A stretch of DNA of 46,856 nucleotides from an uncultured bacterium (GTDB taxonomy: Bacteria > CSSED10-310 > CAZUFC01): assembly GCA_964619725.1 (NCBI GenBank), contig CAZUFC010000066.1, forward strand, positions 1 through 46,856. Reading direction: 5' to 3'. The notes beneath the pieces were generated by a model. It saw nothing but the letters and a program-made list of their open reading frames with translations. It was not told the DNA's origin and did no database searches. The first letter of the stretch is position 1. Every line of letters begins with the position of its first letter. Below, piece after piece: positions 18,059 to 27,950 of this stretch. Position numbers and translations under genes: made by a program.

Positions 18059-19896
18059 ACAACAAGCAAGATGCTCACGAAGACGAAAAAGATCGTATGA
18101 TCGATGACGCGCTCAATGAATTCAAAAAAAACATAAAATCATCCTCAGATCAAAAGAAAACAAATGATGATTGGGATATATCTTTTTTGGACCAGGTGAA
18201 GGATTTTTTATTGATCTATGATGATCAGAATTTTCCTGAGAAAGCTCTGAAGGAATTGATGAAACGAAGCGGAGCGAAAAAAGGTTTGTTGAGGCTCAGC
18301 AGAAACAGGACTTATGGCCGGGCTGCAGAGATCATATTGTCGACCGGCGGACTTTCCCGTAAAAAGTATGATCTTGAAAGATATAGACGTCTGATAAAAA
18401 AGCTGGAGTTTGTAAAATCGGACAAAGATGGGGTAATTCCATCTGAAAGGCTGAAGGAAATAAAGGCGGTTTTTCCGGAATCGGCTGCGGTATATTTTCG
18501 TTCGTTTGAATTTTCCGTATCATTGCCGGAGGATGAAGAAGTTCGCGGGTTCTATGGATGGTTTTGCCTGGAGATCGCCGGAGAGGGGAAAGGTGACAGA
18601 GAGGTCAGAGTCCGTGCCCTCGAAATGTGGGTAAACGCAATGGTGCCTTTGATAGAAAAATATTCAGCTCGCAAGCGTGAAGAAGAACGTCTGTCGGAAA
18701 CCAGGGTTCGTTTGGACCGTTACCGTCGTCTGAATGAAATCGCCAAAGCGCTGGCTTCTGTTGTTGAACTGGATGAACTGCTTGAATTGATCATGGAGCA
18801 TGTGATGAGAGTAACGAAGGGGGAACGGGGATTTCTCATGCTGATCGACAGATTCGGAGAATTACAGATAAAAACGGCGCAGAATATCCGGTGTGATGCC
18901 ATCGAGTCTGAACCCTTCCGGTTCAGCCGAACAGCCGCTGAGTCCGTCGCTGAAAGCGGAACACCGCTCTGCGTCGTAGATGCCCAGAGAGATGAACGCT
19001 TTACAGGAAAAACCAGCGTTATGGACCTGGACCTCAGAACAGTCATGTGCGTCCCGTTGAAAATCAAGCAAGAAATACTCGGCGTTATCTATGTGGACAG
19101 CCGTGATATCACGAAACCATTCTCGCAGGACGATCTGGAATTTTTCCAGTCTCTGGCAGGTCAGGCTTCCGTCGCACTGGAGAACGCCAGGCTGACGCAG
19201 GAAAAAATCGAATCTGAAAGATTGTCTGCGATTGGAAAGATGGCCGGTACTATTATCCATGACCTGAAAAGTCCTCTGAATACCATCAGAGGTTATGGTC
19301 AGGTCCTGAAAAATAAAAGCCGTGAAGAAACAATCAGGCAATCCGCAAATTTCATCATTGATCAGGCTGATCGCATGAACGGCATGATCGCTGAAGTGCT
19401 GGAATTCACCCGGGGAAGTTCAGATTTAAAAATTAAAACGACCAATCTCGCTGAATTTTTTAAAATGCTTATGAACATCTTGAAAAACAGAAGCGATGTT
19501 CAGGATAAACAGATGAAGATCGAATGCAGCCTGGCAGTCAATGAATCCTTTTTCGTCAACATGGATGCACAGAAGATGGTGAGGGTTTTTGAGAATCTAA
19601 CATCAAATTCGACGGATGCGGTCGCCCAGGAAAACGGCAAATTCGTCATTAAGGCTCAAAAAAGCGGCAATTTCATTGAAATAACCGCTCAAGACAATGG
19701 AACAGGCATACCGGAGAAATATCGAAAAATAATTTTTGAACCTTTCGTTTCGTTTGAGAAAAAAGGAGGAACAGGTCTGGGGCTGGCTACGGCGAAACGC
19801 ATTGTCGAGGCGCACGGCGGCGCTCTGTTTTTAAAAGATTCTGGCAAAAAAGGGACATGTTTTTTGATACGATTACCGTTTTTCGATAAAAAATAG
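18055..19896 (+). CDS. GAF-domain sensor histidine kinase (cytoplasmic)
   Basis: GAF (VMCVPL, GVIYVDS, ALENARL), H-box IIHDLKSPL, ENLTSNS, DNGTG, FEPF, GTGLGL. Start moved to 18055, giving an ATGA overlap with the YfhO fragment stop. Confidence 0.92.
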   Translation: MNNKQDAHEDEKDRMIDDALNEFKKNIKSSSDQKKTNDDWDISFLDQVKDFLLIYDDQNFPEKALKELMKRSGAKKGLLRLSRNRTYGRAAEIILSTGGLSRKKYDLERYRRLIKKLEFVKSDKDGVIPSERLKEIKAVFPESAAVYFRSFEFSVSLPEDEEVRGFYGWFCLEIAGEGKGDREVRVRALEMWVNAMVPLIEKYSARKREEERLSETRVRLDRYRRLNEIAKALASVVELDELLELIMEHVMRVTKGERGFLMLIDRFGELQIKTAQNIRCDAIESEPFRFSRTAAESVAESGTPLCVVDAQRDERFTGKTSVMDLDLRTVMCVPLKIKQEILGVIYVDSRDITKPFSQDDLEFFQSLAGQASVALENARLTQEKIESERLSAIGKMAGTIIHDLKSPLNTIRGYGQVLKNKSREETIRQSANFIIDQADRMNGMIAEVLEFTRGSSDLKIKTTNLAEFFKMLMNILKNRSDVQDKQMKIECSLAVNESFFVNMDAQKMVRVFENLTSNSTDAVAQENGKFVIKAQKSGNFIEITAQDNGTGIPEKYRKIIFEPFVSFEKKGGTGLGLATAKRIVEAHGGALFLKDSGKKGTCFLIRLPFFDKK

Positions 19897-19979
19897 AAAA
19901 ATAACCTTGAAAACATTTCGTTTCCACATTAAACTTTTGCAAGCTAGAAGCGGGTTTGGTTTTTTGAAGGAGGTAGTGA

Positions 19980-20414
19980 ATGAAAAAAGAATACGTTGCC
20001 TGGATGAGAATACGGAGTCTTGCCGTCGCAGTTGTATTCCTGATGATTGTTCCCCTCAATATTTTCGCTCAGGAAACGGGCGAAATGACAGATGCGGCGG
20101 AAACTGACGTTGCGGAAGAAGAAATGATGCAGGAGGAGACGCCCGGCGTGGAACAAACTGTAATGCCTTCAGAGGGAGAACAAGAGGCGGATGAAATGGA
20201 ATCGGAGGCGGAAGAGGATTCGGCTGCTGCAGCGCCGACGCCGGAAGATAAGCCGATGTTTCAGGACCCTGTGGCTGCAATTCCCACCTTTATTTTGTTT
20301 TTCGGCATACTTGCCTTTTTAATCTATGTTATCGTCACTCGCATTCAGGCCAAAAAAATACCCGTTAGTCCCAACAACTACCTCAAAAAAAAGAAAAAAA
20401 GCGAATTGGAATAA
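19980..20414 (+). CDS. Small single-pass membrane protein with an acidic low-complexity exported region
   Basis: RBS AGGAGG, signal peptide ending IFA-Q, Glu-rich stretch, TM helix, Lys-rich tail. Confidence 0.75.
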   Translation: MKKEYVAWMRIRSLAVAVVFLMIVPLNIFAQETGEMTDAAETDVAEEEMMQEETPGVEQTVMPSEGEQEADEMESEAEEDSAAAAPTPEDKPMFQDPVAAIPTFILFFGILAFLIYVIVTRIQAKKIPVSPNNYLKKKKKSELE

Positions 20415-20632
20415 GAGTCGACCTGCTCGTCCGCAAACTCTTTTTCATTCTTTCGCTGCAGGTACGGATTATATTTCAAATCGAATGCAACTCGATTCTT
20501 AGCTCCTGCCTTCGCTTCTTAATCAATCCAGGAAAAAGAAACAAAAAATTCGTTAAAGCGATTTCAATATATTACGGAGCGCGCGTTAGAGCTTCCGAAG
20601 AGGGATGACGTTAAGATCAGACGTCAATATAT

Positions 20633-22612
20633 TTAACGAATTATGGTTGTTTGAAGTTCTTTTTCTGAGGCGAGGAAGGTTGTTTCTCCGTATGTAAGGG
20701 CTAATTTCATCAAGGGAGAGCGGAAGTCTGCCAGCAGAGTCATTTTAATATTTTTATCCTGATCGTTGATGACGATGGATAACCGGGAAGCGACGGGTAT
20801 TCGACCGAGTTTTTCCATAAGGGGTCTGTGTCTGTCGGAGATGAAGAATCGTCGTTTTCCGAAAACCGAATGGCGTTGAAATAATTCCTGCCGTTCGACG
20901 GAAGAGATATGTATTTTATCCGCTTCTGGGATGAGGTGTGGAGGTTTTTTAACGGAGAAATCGGGATTGAGGACGACAAAGCCGTTTTTGATGCTGTTTT
21001 TAATTTGATGGAGTTTCAGATAAACGTTTTGATTTTGCGATGAGGTGAAAAAGCCTTCCAGGTGAACTTCAGGTGTTTCGTAACGGTAGATTTTCCAAAG
21101 AGGCATATGGGGATCGGGAATCTCTTCGAAGGGTTTCAGATCAGAAAACAAGGGTATGGGGGAGAGTGTGCGGACCAGGTAGAATGCTTGAGCGGCAACG
21201 GGCGCTTGACCTTCATAGTATCCCCGGGGCAATGACAGGACAGGTTCGATTTTCATCTGAGGGAGAAGAAACGTGCATTGTGGAAAGCCTCCTTCAAAAA
21301 CATAAGGCACAAAAAGAACGCTGTTTTTCCGGCTTGATTTCCTGATCGTCTCGCACGCTTTTCTGATGCCCCTCCGCCAGCGACCGACATCTCCATTTTT
21401 AACGGCAGGATAAAGCTGGAAAAGCGAATAGGCGGTGTGATCGATAACCAGGAGGAATCCGATGATTAACAGGGCGGTTTTCGCCGGTCTTTTTGCGGTT
21501 CGCAAAGGTTTAAGAGCGAAAAGCCGGGCTGGCAGCAGCATGGAGACAGGAAAGATTATATCCAGATAATGAGGGATGGAAGGAAGGATGAATCCCAGTA
21601 TTTGAGGTTCTGTGCGATGTTTGCTGATAAGCGGAATAATAACTGCCGAGGGTAGAATCCATCCTAATATCATTCTGTCTGTTTTGTTTTTTTCAAAGAC
21701 CGCTTTTTTAAAGCTGATGAGAAAGGATACCGCTGCCAGAGGGAGGAGGAGAAGAAGGGGGCGACCGGGAGGACGTACGTCGAGCCACGGCATTTTACCG
21801 GTCCAGGCGGCAAAAGTCGTGTAAAGGTAACCCAGGATGCGAGCCGGGACCGAAACTAGGAGATTGGAGTCTTTGGTCACGGAATGCGCTTCTCGGCCGA
21901 GGAAAATTTTGACGCTGGGGAATCCATGGATAGTGTTGTAGACTAGGACAGGCGAAAAACTGAGGATAATTCCTCCTGTGAAAAAAAGAGAGATGGAAGC
22001 GCGTTTACCGGAATCCGGCCGGTTGATGAAAAGCGCGTATAAAAAGACAGGAAAAAGAACCATAACGTAGAAATGTCCATGCATGGAAAGACCCAGAAAA
22101 ATTCCTGCGGCAACGGATCGCAGGATATATCTCTTTTTCGTTGCGACTGCCGCCAGGAAACCGGCTGAAAGAGTGAATGGGACGAGATTGCAGGCGTATA
22201 TGATCCGGGATGCGCATAATCCCCAAGGAAAGAAAGCTCCGGTCCATATGACGAATGGAGCGGTTGCTGCGCCGAAGAGCCTGGCGGAAAGGAGAGATAC
22301 GCAGATTAACGCCCCTAAACCGGCCGTCGCCATGATATATCGAATAGATTCGACCGATTCTCCGAAAATTCTGAAAAAAACTGCGGAGATATATTCCAGG
22401 AAAGGGCCTTCATAGACTTTGTCGCCGGTTAAAGGAAAAGTTTCGCCTGCAGCGATCATCTGCGCACCGAGCGCTATCAGCGATTCATCATGTTCGAAGC
22501 CGCACAATTTTCCGATCTGATAATAGCGGGGCCAGGCGGCGAAAAGAATTCCCGCAATCCATATAGCGATGATCAATTTTTTGTTTTTATCGGCGTTTGT
22601 GATGTGACTCAT
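20633..22612 (-). CDS. ArnT/PMT-like GT-C glycosyltransferase
   Basis: TM1 followed by FEHDES (DE motif), YEGPFLEYI, many TM helices and a soluble C-terminal domain. Confidence 0.75.
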   Translation of the reverse strand: MSHITNADKNKKLIIAIWIAGILFAAWPRYYQIGKLCGFEHDESLIALGAQMIAAGETFPLTGDKVYEGPFLEYISAVFFRIFGESVESIRYIMATAGLGALICVSLLSARLFGAATAPFVIWTGAFFPWGLCASRIIYACNLVPFTLSAGFLAAVATKKRYILRSVAAGIFLGLSMHGHFYVMVLFPVFLYALFINRPDSGKRASISLFFTGGIILSFSPVLVYNTIHGFPSVKIFLGREAHSVTKDSNLLVSVPARILGYLYTTFAAWTGKMPWLDVRPPGRPLLLLLPLAAVSFLISFKKAVFEKNKTDRMILGWILPSAVIIPLISKHRTEPQILGFILPSIPHYLDIIFPVSMLLPARLFALKPLRTAKRPAKTALLIIGFLLVIDHTAYSLFQLYPAVKNGDVGRWRRGIRKACETIRKSSRKNSVLFVPYVFEGGFPQCTFLLPQMKIEPVLSLPRGYYEGQAPVAAQAFYLVRTLSPIPLFSDLKPFEEIPDPHMPLWKIYRYETPEVHLEGFFTSSQNQNVYLKLHQIKNSIKNGFVVLNPDFSVKKPPHLIPEADKIHISSVERQELFQRHSVFGKRRFFISDRHRPLMEKLGRIPVASRLSIVINDQDKNIKMTLLADFRSPLMKLALTYGETTFLASEKELQTTIIR

Positions 22613-24431
22613 GTAATCCCGTTCCTAGTTTTTTATAAATTAACGAAAGTTTAAAGGCTGATGAAAATTTTTCTGTTTCATCCCTGTTTCGATAAACTTC
22701 TGCCATATCGAAATACACCTTTGACAACACGTCGGCGCTCCACGGATCAATCTGCGAATGATCCGTTCCTCTGGCGATGTTCACGGGAAAAGCGGATTCC
22801 CGGCTTTCCTGCTGTGGAGCAAGACGATAGGTCAATCCTGCGGGGACAGCTTGCAGGGCAGGTTCGTAACGTTTATAATCAGGTATGATTCGAGGCTCTC
22901 CGCAGTATACTGATGGGTTCAATAAATTCAGCCGTATCATGGCTTCGGTCACGGCATTGCTCCAACCCGGCGCATCCTCGAATTGATTCGCCTGGACTGC
23001 AGGAAAACTTATTCGGGGGTACCGGTCGCGCATTTCCGCAAAAAACCATTCAAAACACAGAAGATGTTTAAAAATTATAAGTTGTCCTTGCCCGCGATAT
23101 TCCATAAATTGCTGATACCACAGTAAAAAACTCAGGTCCGAACGACGCGTGATAAAAAGCGATTTCTCTCTCACTTCATTCCAAACTTGCTTGCCGTAAT
23201 CCATGGCGACATAGTTCCGGCTTAAATCAGGCAGTTCCCTTGATGCTGCCGAAAGCCCCGCTGCAACTCCCAATAAAACGAAAAAGAGAATTCGAAGAGT
23301 CGATGTTCTCAACTTCAATCTGGAAAGCCATGCCGCAATTTTACCTGCTCCTGCGGCGGCTGGTTCCATGAACAAAAATACGGCCGGCAAAAGAAAATAT
23401 CCCGGTTCGTTCGTATTGTAAAAGGTTACGGCTGATAAAAAAAGAAGCTCCGTTACTACGAACATCAGCGCCTTAGAAGGCTGCCGGATCAGAAAAAAAA
23501 TAAGTCCTAAAAAAACGAGCGCCCATAAGGGGACCGGCAATTGTTCCAATACAATGGGAAATGTATTGTGCAGCAAAGAATGAATGAATTCTCCTCCGGT
23601 CGGTCCGGATTCCAGCGAAGGTACGGCTTCTTCGGCCGCGCTCGTCAAAGTGAAGAAGCCATCAAATGTCGCAGACTCTCCCCAGCTCCAGAAAGACCCA
23701 TGAAAGGCCCTGATCGGATCGTAAATCAACAGTGAAGAGCTGAATATCAAAAGAAAAAAGCAGATCGCTGCAGCAGATTTGCGTCGTTTGGAATACCTTA
23801 AAGCGCCTGAAAATTTATAAACAAGAAGCGGCGTTATCAGAACAAAAGTCATATGATTGGATAATCCGAATCCTGCAATGAAAGCAGCCAGAAACATTTT
23901 TTTTGCTGGATTCTTCCCCGGATTCGCAGAATGTACGTAAGATACCGGTGTATGGTTTTTCAGCGTAAAATTAGTCCCCAGTAAAACAAAAATCGATATA
24001 ATGAAAAAGAGATTCAGACTGTATATTTCAGCCCTTACGGCGCTCATTGTGAAAACAGGATTCAAGATAAAAGCAAAAGCCACCAAACCGGCCGACTCAA
24101 TGAAGCAATATTCGGACAGAAAGCGCGCCAGGAAGGCTATGGTCAGAGCTCCGAGTATGACGGAGAGCAAATTGACGCGGTATATGGCGGAGCCCATAGG
24201 CAGTTTGTTCACGATAAAAGAGAGGAGGCAGAACAAGGGATATCCGGGAGGATGAGAGATGCTCAGTTTGCCGCCCATAAGACAAAGAAGCGGCCCTTCA
24301 CCCCAGTAAGGTTCGGGGCACATGCGGGCAATTAAAAAAGAAAAAGCGCCCAGAAAAACCAAGCAGTATAAAATGATCCGCCAAATTGTTTTTTTCTTTT
24401 GTTCTTTTTTCAACTGGAAAGCCTTCAACAA
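22587..24431 (-). CDS. DUF2723 / TMEM260-like GT-C protein, paralogue 2
   Basis: ISHPPGYPL, YRVNLLS, RAEIYSL, LSNH, YDPIRA, DLSRN. Confidence 0.82.
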   Translation of the reverse strand: MLKAFQLKKEQKKKTIWRIILYCLVFLGAFSFLIARMCPEPYWGEGPLLCLMGGKLSISHPPGYPLFCLLSFIVNKLPMGSAIYRVNLLSVILGALTIAFLARFLSEYCFIESAGLVAFAFILNPVFTMSAVRAEIYSLNLFFIISIFVLLGTNFTLKNHTPVSYVHSANPGKNPAKKMFLAAFIAGFGLSNHMTFVLITPLLVYKFSGALRYSKRRKSAAAICFFLLIFSSSLLIYDPIRAFHGSFWSWGESATFDGFFTLTSAAEEAVPSLESGPTGGEFIHSLLHNTFPIVLEQLPVPLWALVFLGLIFFLIRQPSKALMFVVTELLFLSAVTFYNTNEPGYFLLPAVFLFMEPAAAGAGKIAAWLSRLKLRTSTLRILFFVLLGVAAGLSAASRELPDLSRNYVAMDYGKQVWNEVREKSLFITRRSDLSFLLWYQQFMEYRGQGQLIIFKHLLCFEWFFAEMRDRYPRISFPAVQANQFEDAPGWSNAVTEAMIRLNLLNPSVYCGEPRIIPDYKRYEPALQAVPAGLTYRLAPQQESRESAFPVNIARGTDHSQIDPWSADVLSKVYFDMAEVYRNRDETEKFSSAFKLSLIYKKLGTGLHESHHKRR

Positions 24432-24550
24432 GAATAACGGTTTGTCTTATGAACGATGAAGCATCAGGAATTATTGTTTTTGCTGCTGTTTCATGAGAAA
24501 AGGGAGCAGCAGGAAGCTCCCGTCTTTATCCACGGGAATGGTGGAGAGGA

Positions 24551-26587
24551 TTAATGAAATATATGCCTTTCCATACGCTCAGCCGCGTTAAAATTCCCGG
24601 CCTGGCGGAGGGTTAAGGCGAAATTCTTAAACAAATCTTTTCTGTATTTTTGGGCCCCTGTGAGCCAGGCGCGTTTGTATTGTTTGACGGCGGCTCTAAA
24701 GAGGTTTTGAGCGCCGCAGGTTACTCCCTGATTGATAAAAAGGGCCTGGAGAATATTTTGTTGTCTTGTCCAGGACTCGTAGTCAGGATGTAAAATAATT
24801 TCCGAATAAATACGGTCCCATATTTTTTCATCTTCCTGCGATAATTGATTTTTTTTGAATACTCCATCAGGATCGAATTGAAAGGACGTGCCGTGAGGTC
24901 TTAAAAAGGTCCTCAGCAAATGGTCGTCTCGACTGCTGGCCCAGTAGACCGTCCGTTCGCGAAAATTCATTCTAACGATAAGTTTAATTAATTCATTAAA
25001 ATAGCGCCGCCTGTCTTCCCGGGTCAGTTCATCTTTATTGAGGATTTCTGAAGCGTAGTAGAGAAAAGCGAGATCAGCGCTTTTATGTCCGAGATCGGGC
25101 AGGATAACTTGAGGATACTGATCGCGTATATTTTCAAAGAAGCCATGCCAGTGATGGAGTCCGGCCCGGTTTATTTCCATCACGTCCGGTCTGTACCGGA
25201 TAACTTTTTGAATATAGGAAAGCACAAAATTCAGATTGCTCCGGAACCCCGTCAGAAACACCGAGTTTTTATCAAGTCCGTCCAGGAGCAGCCTGGAGTA
25301 AACGAGAGCGGAATTGTCGCGGCTTAAATCGTTTTGGCTGTAGAAGGCGAGAAATCGATGGGAACACAGGAGCGACATAGAAAGAACCAATCCATATGTC
25401 CAGATTCTTTTTCTGAGGGTATTGCTTACGCGGAGAGCGGTCAACTGAATTATTCCGGCGGTTCCGCCTGCAGCGAATATCCCGAAAACCACATAGGCGA
25501 ACATGAGATATGCTTCACCGGTATCGGGATTCGCTCCGAAATTCAGATTTACCAAAGGACCGAAGGCATTACCCAGAAACAAAACCGACAGGACTGCTCC
25601 TTGCCGGACATTGCGCCTGAAAAGTTCAACGATGCCCACCGCACCCAGAAAAAGCAGCATGACTCCCAGTTGTCGGTAGAAATGACGCAACAGACTGGGA
25701 ACCATTTTTAAAATAACCGGGATGTCTGACCCGAAAAAACGGTTGTAACTCGATTTTCTCGTGAAAGAAAGTAAGAACATTTCACTGTTTTCGGGATTCC
25801 CCAGGTCGATCGGAGGATCGGTCGCTGAGCGAACCGGTAAATAAAGGTATAAAGAAACGCCTATCAGAAAAAAGAAAAAAAATGATAAAACAGAACGCAC
25901 GCTGAGACATGATTTCAGAGGACTCAGGAAAATGAGGGCGATTATGCCGGGAACAGAAAAAAACAGAAGCAACGGATGATTGCAGAAAGCTAATCCGAAG
26001 ATAAAAGAGGAAAGGTAGAGGAGCTTCATAGCGTGGGCTTTCGAGAATGTTCGTCCGGGCGCCGGATAAGCGCTTTTCCACAACATATAAACAATCAGGA
26101 CGGTCAAAAAAGTATGATAACTGTATACTTCCACTTTCACGGACTGAAACCATAGCACGCTTGAGCATAGAAAACAGAGCCATACGAGAAACGTGACGTT
26201 TTCTGAATTGCCCTTTGAACGATAGATATAGGCGCTCAGCATAACAGCCAGAGCAAGAGTGAGAGTTGCCCACAGACAGGAGATGAGATTACTTCGAAAA
26301 GCGATGGAACCGAGAGGAAGAAATAGAAGCGTTTTATTCATGCACAGGAAAGAGGGGAAACTCGGCGAATGAGGCAAGCCCAGGAAATGCAGTCCTGTCG
26401 TCAGTTCGCCGCTGTCCCACCAGTATACGGTCGGACAGGCTGTCTGCAGCAGTACCGCTGCGGAAACAAGAAGAAAAAGAAAAAGAGAAAGATGAAAAAT
26501 AAGCGACCGCTCACTCCCTGCCGGCTCTTCCGAAGTCGGGCCGCTCTCCTCGCTTGATAAAATATTTTTCACCTTACCCTTATTCAT
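24551..26587 (-). CDS. DUF2723 / TMEM260-like GT-C protein, paralogue 3, with a C-terminal TPR-like helix pair
   Basis: PTVYWWDSGEL...LGLPHSPSFP, FRSNLIS, VEVYS, CNH, YLYLPVRS, DLSRD. Confidence 0.88.
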   Translation of the reverse strand: MNKGKVKNILSSEESGPTSEEPAGSERSLIFHLSLFLFLLVSAAVLLQTACPTVYWWDSGELTTGLHFLGLPHSPSFPSFLCMNKTLLFLPLGSIAFRSNLISCLWATLTLALAVMLSAYIYRSKGNSENVTFLVWLCFLCSSVLWFQSVKVEVYSYHTFLTVLIVYMLWKSAYPAPGRTFSKAHAMKLLYLSSFIFGLAFCNHPLLLFFSVPGIIALIFLSPLKSCLSVRSVLSFFFFFLIGVSLYLYLPVRSATDPPIDLGNPENSEMFLLSFTRKSSYNRFFGSDIPVILKMVPSLLRHFYRQLGVMLLFLGAVGIVELFRRNVRQGAVLSVLFLGNAFGPLVNLNFGANPDTGEAYLMFAYVVFGIFAAGGTAGIIQLTALRVSNTLRKRIWTYGLVLSMSLLCSHRFLAFYSQNDLSRDNSALVYSRLLLDGLDKNSVFLTGFRSNLNFVLSYIQKVIRYRPDVMEINRAGLHHWHGFFENIRDQYPQVILPDLGHKSADLAFLYYASEILNKDELTREDRRRYFNELIKLIVRMNFRERTVYWASSRDDHLLRTFLRPHGTSFQFDPDGVFKKNQLSQEDEKIWDRIYSEIILHPDYESWTRQQNILQALFINQGVTCGAQNLFRAAVKQYKRAWLTGAQKYRKDLFKNFALTLRQAGNFNAAERMERHIFH

Positions 26588-27611
26588 CTTTTGATTCTAT
26601 CCCCGCGCCGCTCTGCCTGATCTTACGTTTCAGCTCAGAGTATCTCTCCTCAGCCACAGAATAGATGGGTTTGGACGACAGATCATGATATACCTTGATC
26701 AGTATTTCTCCCAATAATCCTATCGAAAATATCTGAATGCCCGTTATTACCAGAAGGATAGAAAGGAAAAACAAGGGCGCTCTGTACTCCATAATGGAAA
26801 TACCCTGAAAAATCTTTTTCAAAGAGAGAAACAGTAAAATAGAAAAACCGGTCAATCCGAAGGTCGCTCCTACCGTTCCGAAAATTTGCAGAGGCTGGGA
26901 GAGATATTTAAGGAAAAATTTGAGCCTTATGAGGTCGAAGAAGACGGTGAAGGTCCTTTTAATGCCGTACTTTGTTTTTCCATGTTTTCGCTTGAGACTT
27001 CTAATAGGCACTTCTTTGATTTTGGGTTTCAATTCGGCGGCCAGTACGGGAATGAATCTGTGAAATTGTCCATAAAGCCTTATGTTCTCAAGAATGACCC
27101 GGCGATATGCCTTATATGTGGTGCCGAAATCATGCAGAGGTATTCCGGAGAGTTTTGCCATGAAAAAATTAGCCATTTTTGAGGGAAGTTTTCGTGAGAA
27201 CCAGGGGTCTATTCTATCTTTCCTCCAGCCGCTGGCGATATCGTAACCTTCCCGGATGGGGGCGAGCAAATTAGGCAGGTCTTCCGGATCATGTTGAAGG
27301 TCGCCGTCCATGGCGACGATGATATCGCCTTCAGCCCTGTCGAAGCCTGCTGCGAGAGCTGCGGTTTGTCCAAAGTTTCCCCGTAATTTCATCACGTGCA
27401 CCATTTCATTTTTTACGCTTAATTCGCAGAGTATTTTCCAGGTATTATCGATGCTGCCGTCATCAACATAGATAAATTCGAAGGAAATGTTGAGACGGTT
27501 AAGGACTTCGAGCAATTTTCCGTGCAGCGCCGGGATGTTGTTTTCTTCGTTGTAGAAGGGTACGACCACTGAAACATGGATTTGCTTATTTGAAGGCGGA
27601 ACGCTTTTCAT
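26580..27611 (-). CDS. GT2 polyprenyl-phosphate glycosyltransferase (ArnC/GtrB-like, two C-terminal TMs)
   Basis: SVVVPFYNEE, VDDGS, NFGQTAAL, MDGDLQHDP, SGWR, HRFIP, GLLGE, KPIY. Start moved to the ATG at 27611. Confidence 0.9.
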   Translation of the reverse strand: MKSVPPSNKQIHVSVVVPFYNEENNIPALHGKLLEVLNRLNISFEFIYVDDGSIDNTWKILCELSVKNEMVHVMKLRGNFGQTAALAAGFDRAEGDIIVAMDGDLQHDPEDLPNLLAPIREGYDIASGWRKDRIDPWFSRKLPSKMANFFMAKLSGIPLHDFGTTYKAYRRVILENIRLYGQFHRFIPVLAAELKPKIKEVPIRSLKRKHGKTKYGIKRTFTVFFDLIRLKFFLKYLSQPLQIFGTVGATFGLTGFSILLFLSLKKIFQGISIMEYRAPLFFLSILLVITGIQIFSIGLLGEILIKVYHDLSSKPIYSVAEERYSELKRKIRQSGAGIESKDE

Positions 27612-27950
27612 GGCGGAAATTTTATAGAATTTCCATTGAAATGCAAACAGTATTTCATCAAGATTGCTGTTTTCGGGGCGAATATTCAGAGCGAGCAGTC
27701 GCCAGGTTGCGGAGACTGCAGAGAATTTCAGTGGATTTCGTCCGCGAACCGGTAATTTTGCAGATGCTGCGTCAGTTTTGGCTCTCAATGAGAAACCAGC
27801 GGTGAGTTCGTCGGTCAGACGGTAGTGGGTCAGAGATAGTTTTTTATGAGGATTTCAGCAGTCAAATATTTTATGAAAAAGCGTAACTCCAGTTTGATCA
27901 GTCCTGAATAATGCGGCTGTGCTCACTGAGGTTTGATGTGCTGTGTTAGG

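Noticed and set aside
17576-18078. Short ORFs 17576-17770, 17608-17829 and 17890-18078
   Set aside because: They fall in the IS 3' flank or are antisense to the YfhO fragment.
20415-20632. Possible fourth copy of the repeat (GTCCGCAAACTC, AACTCGATT)
   Set aside because: Only short scattered matches, with no colinear alignment or paired arms.
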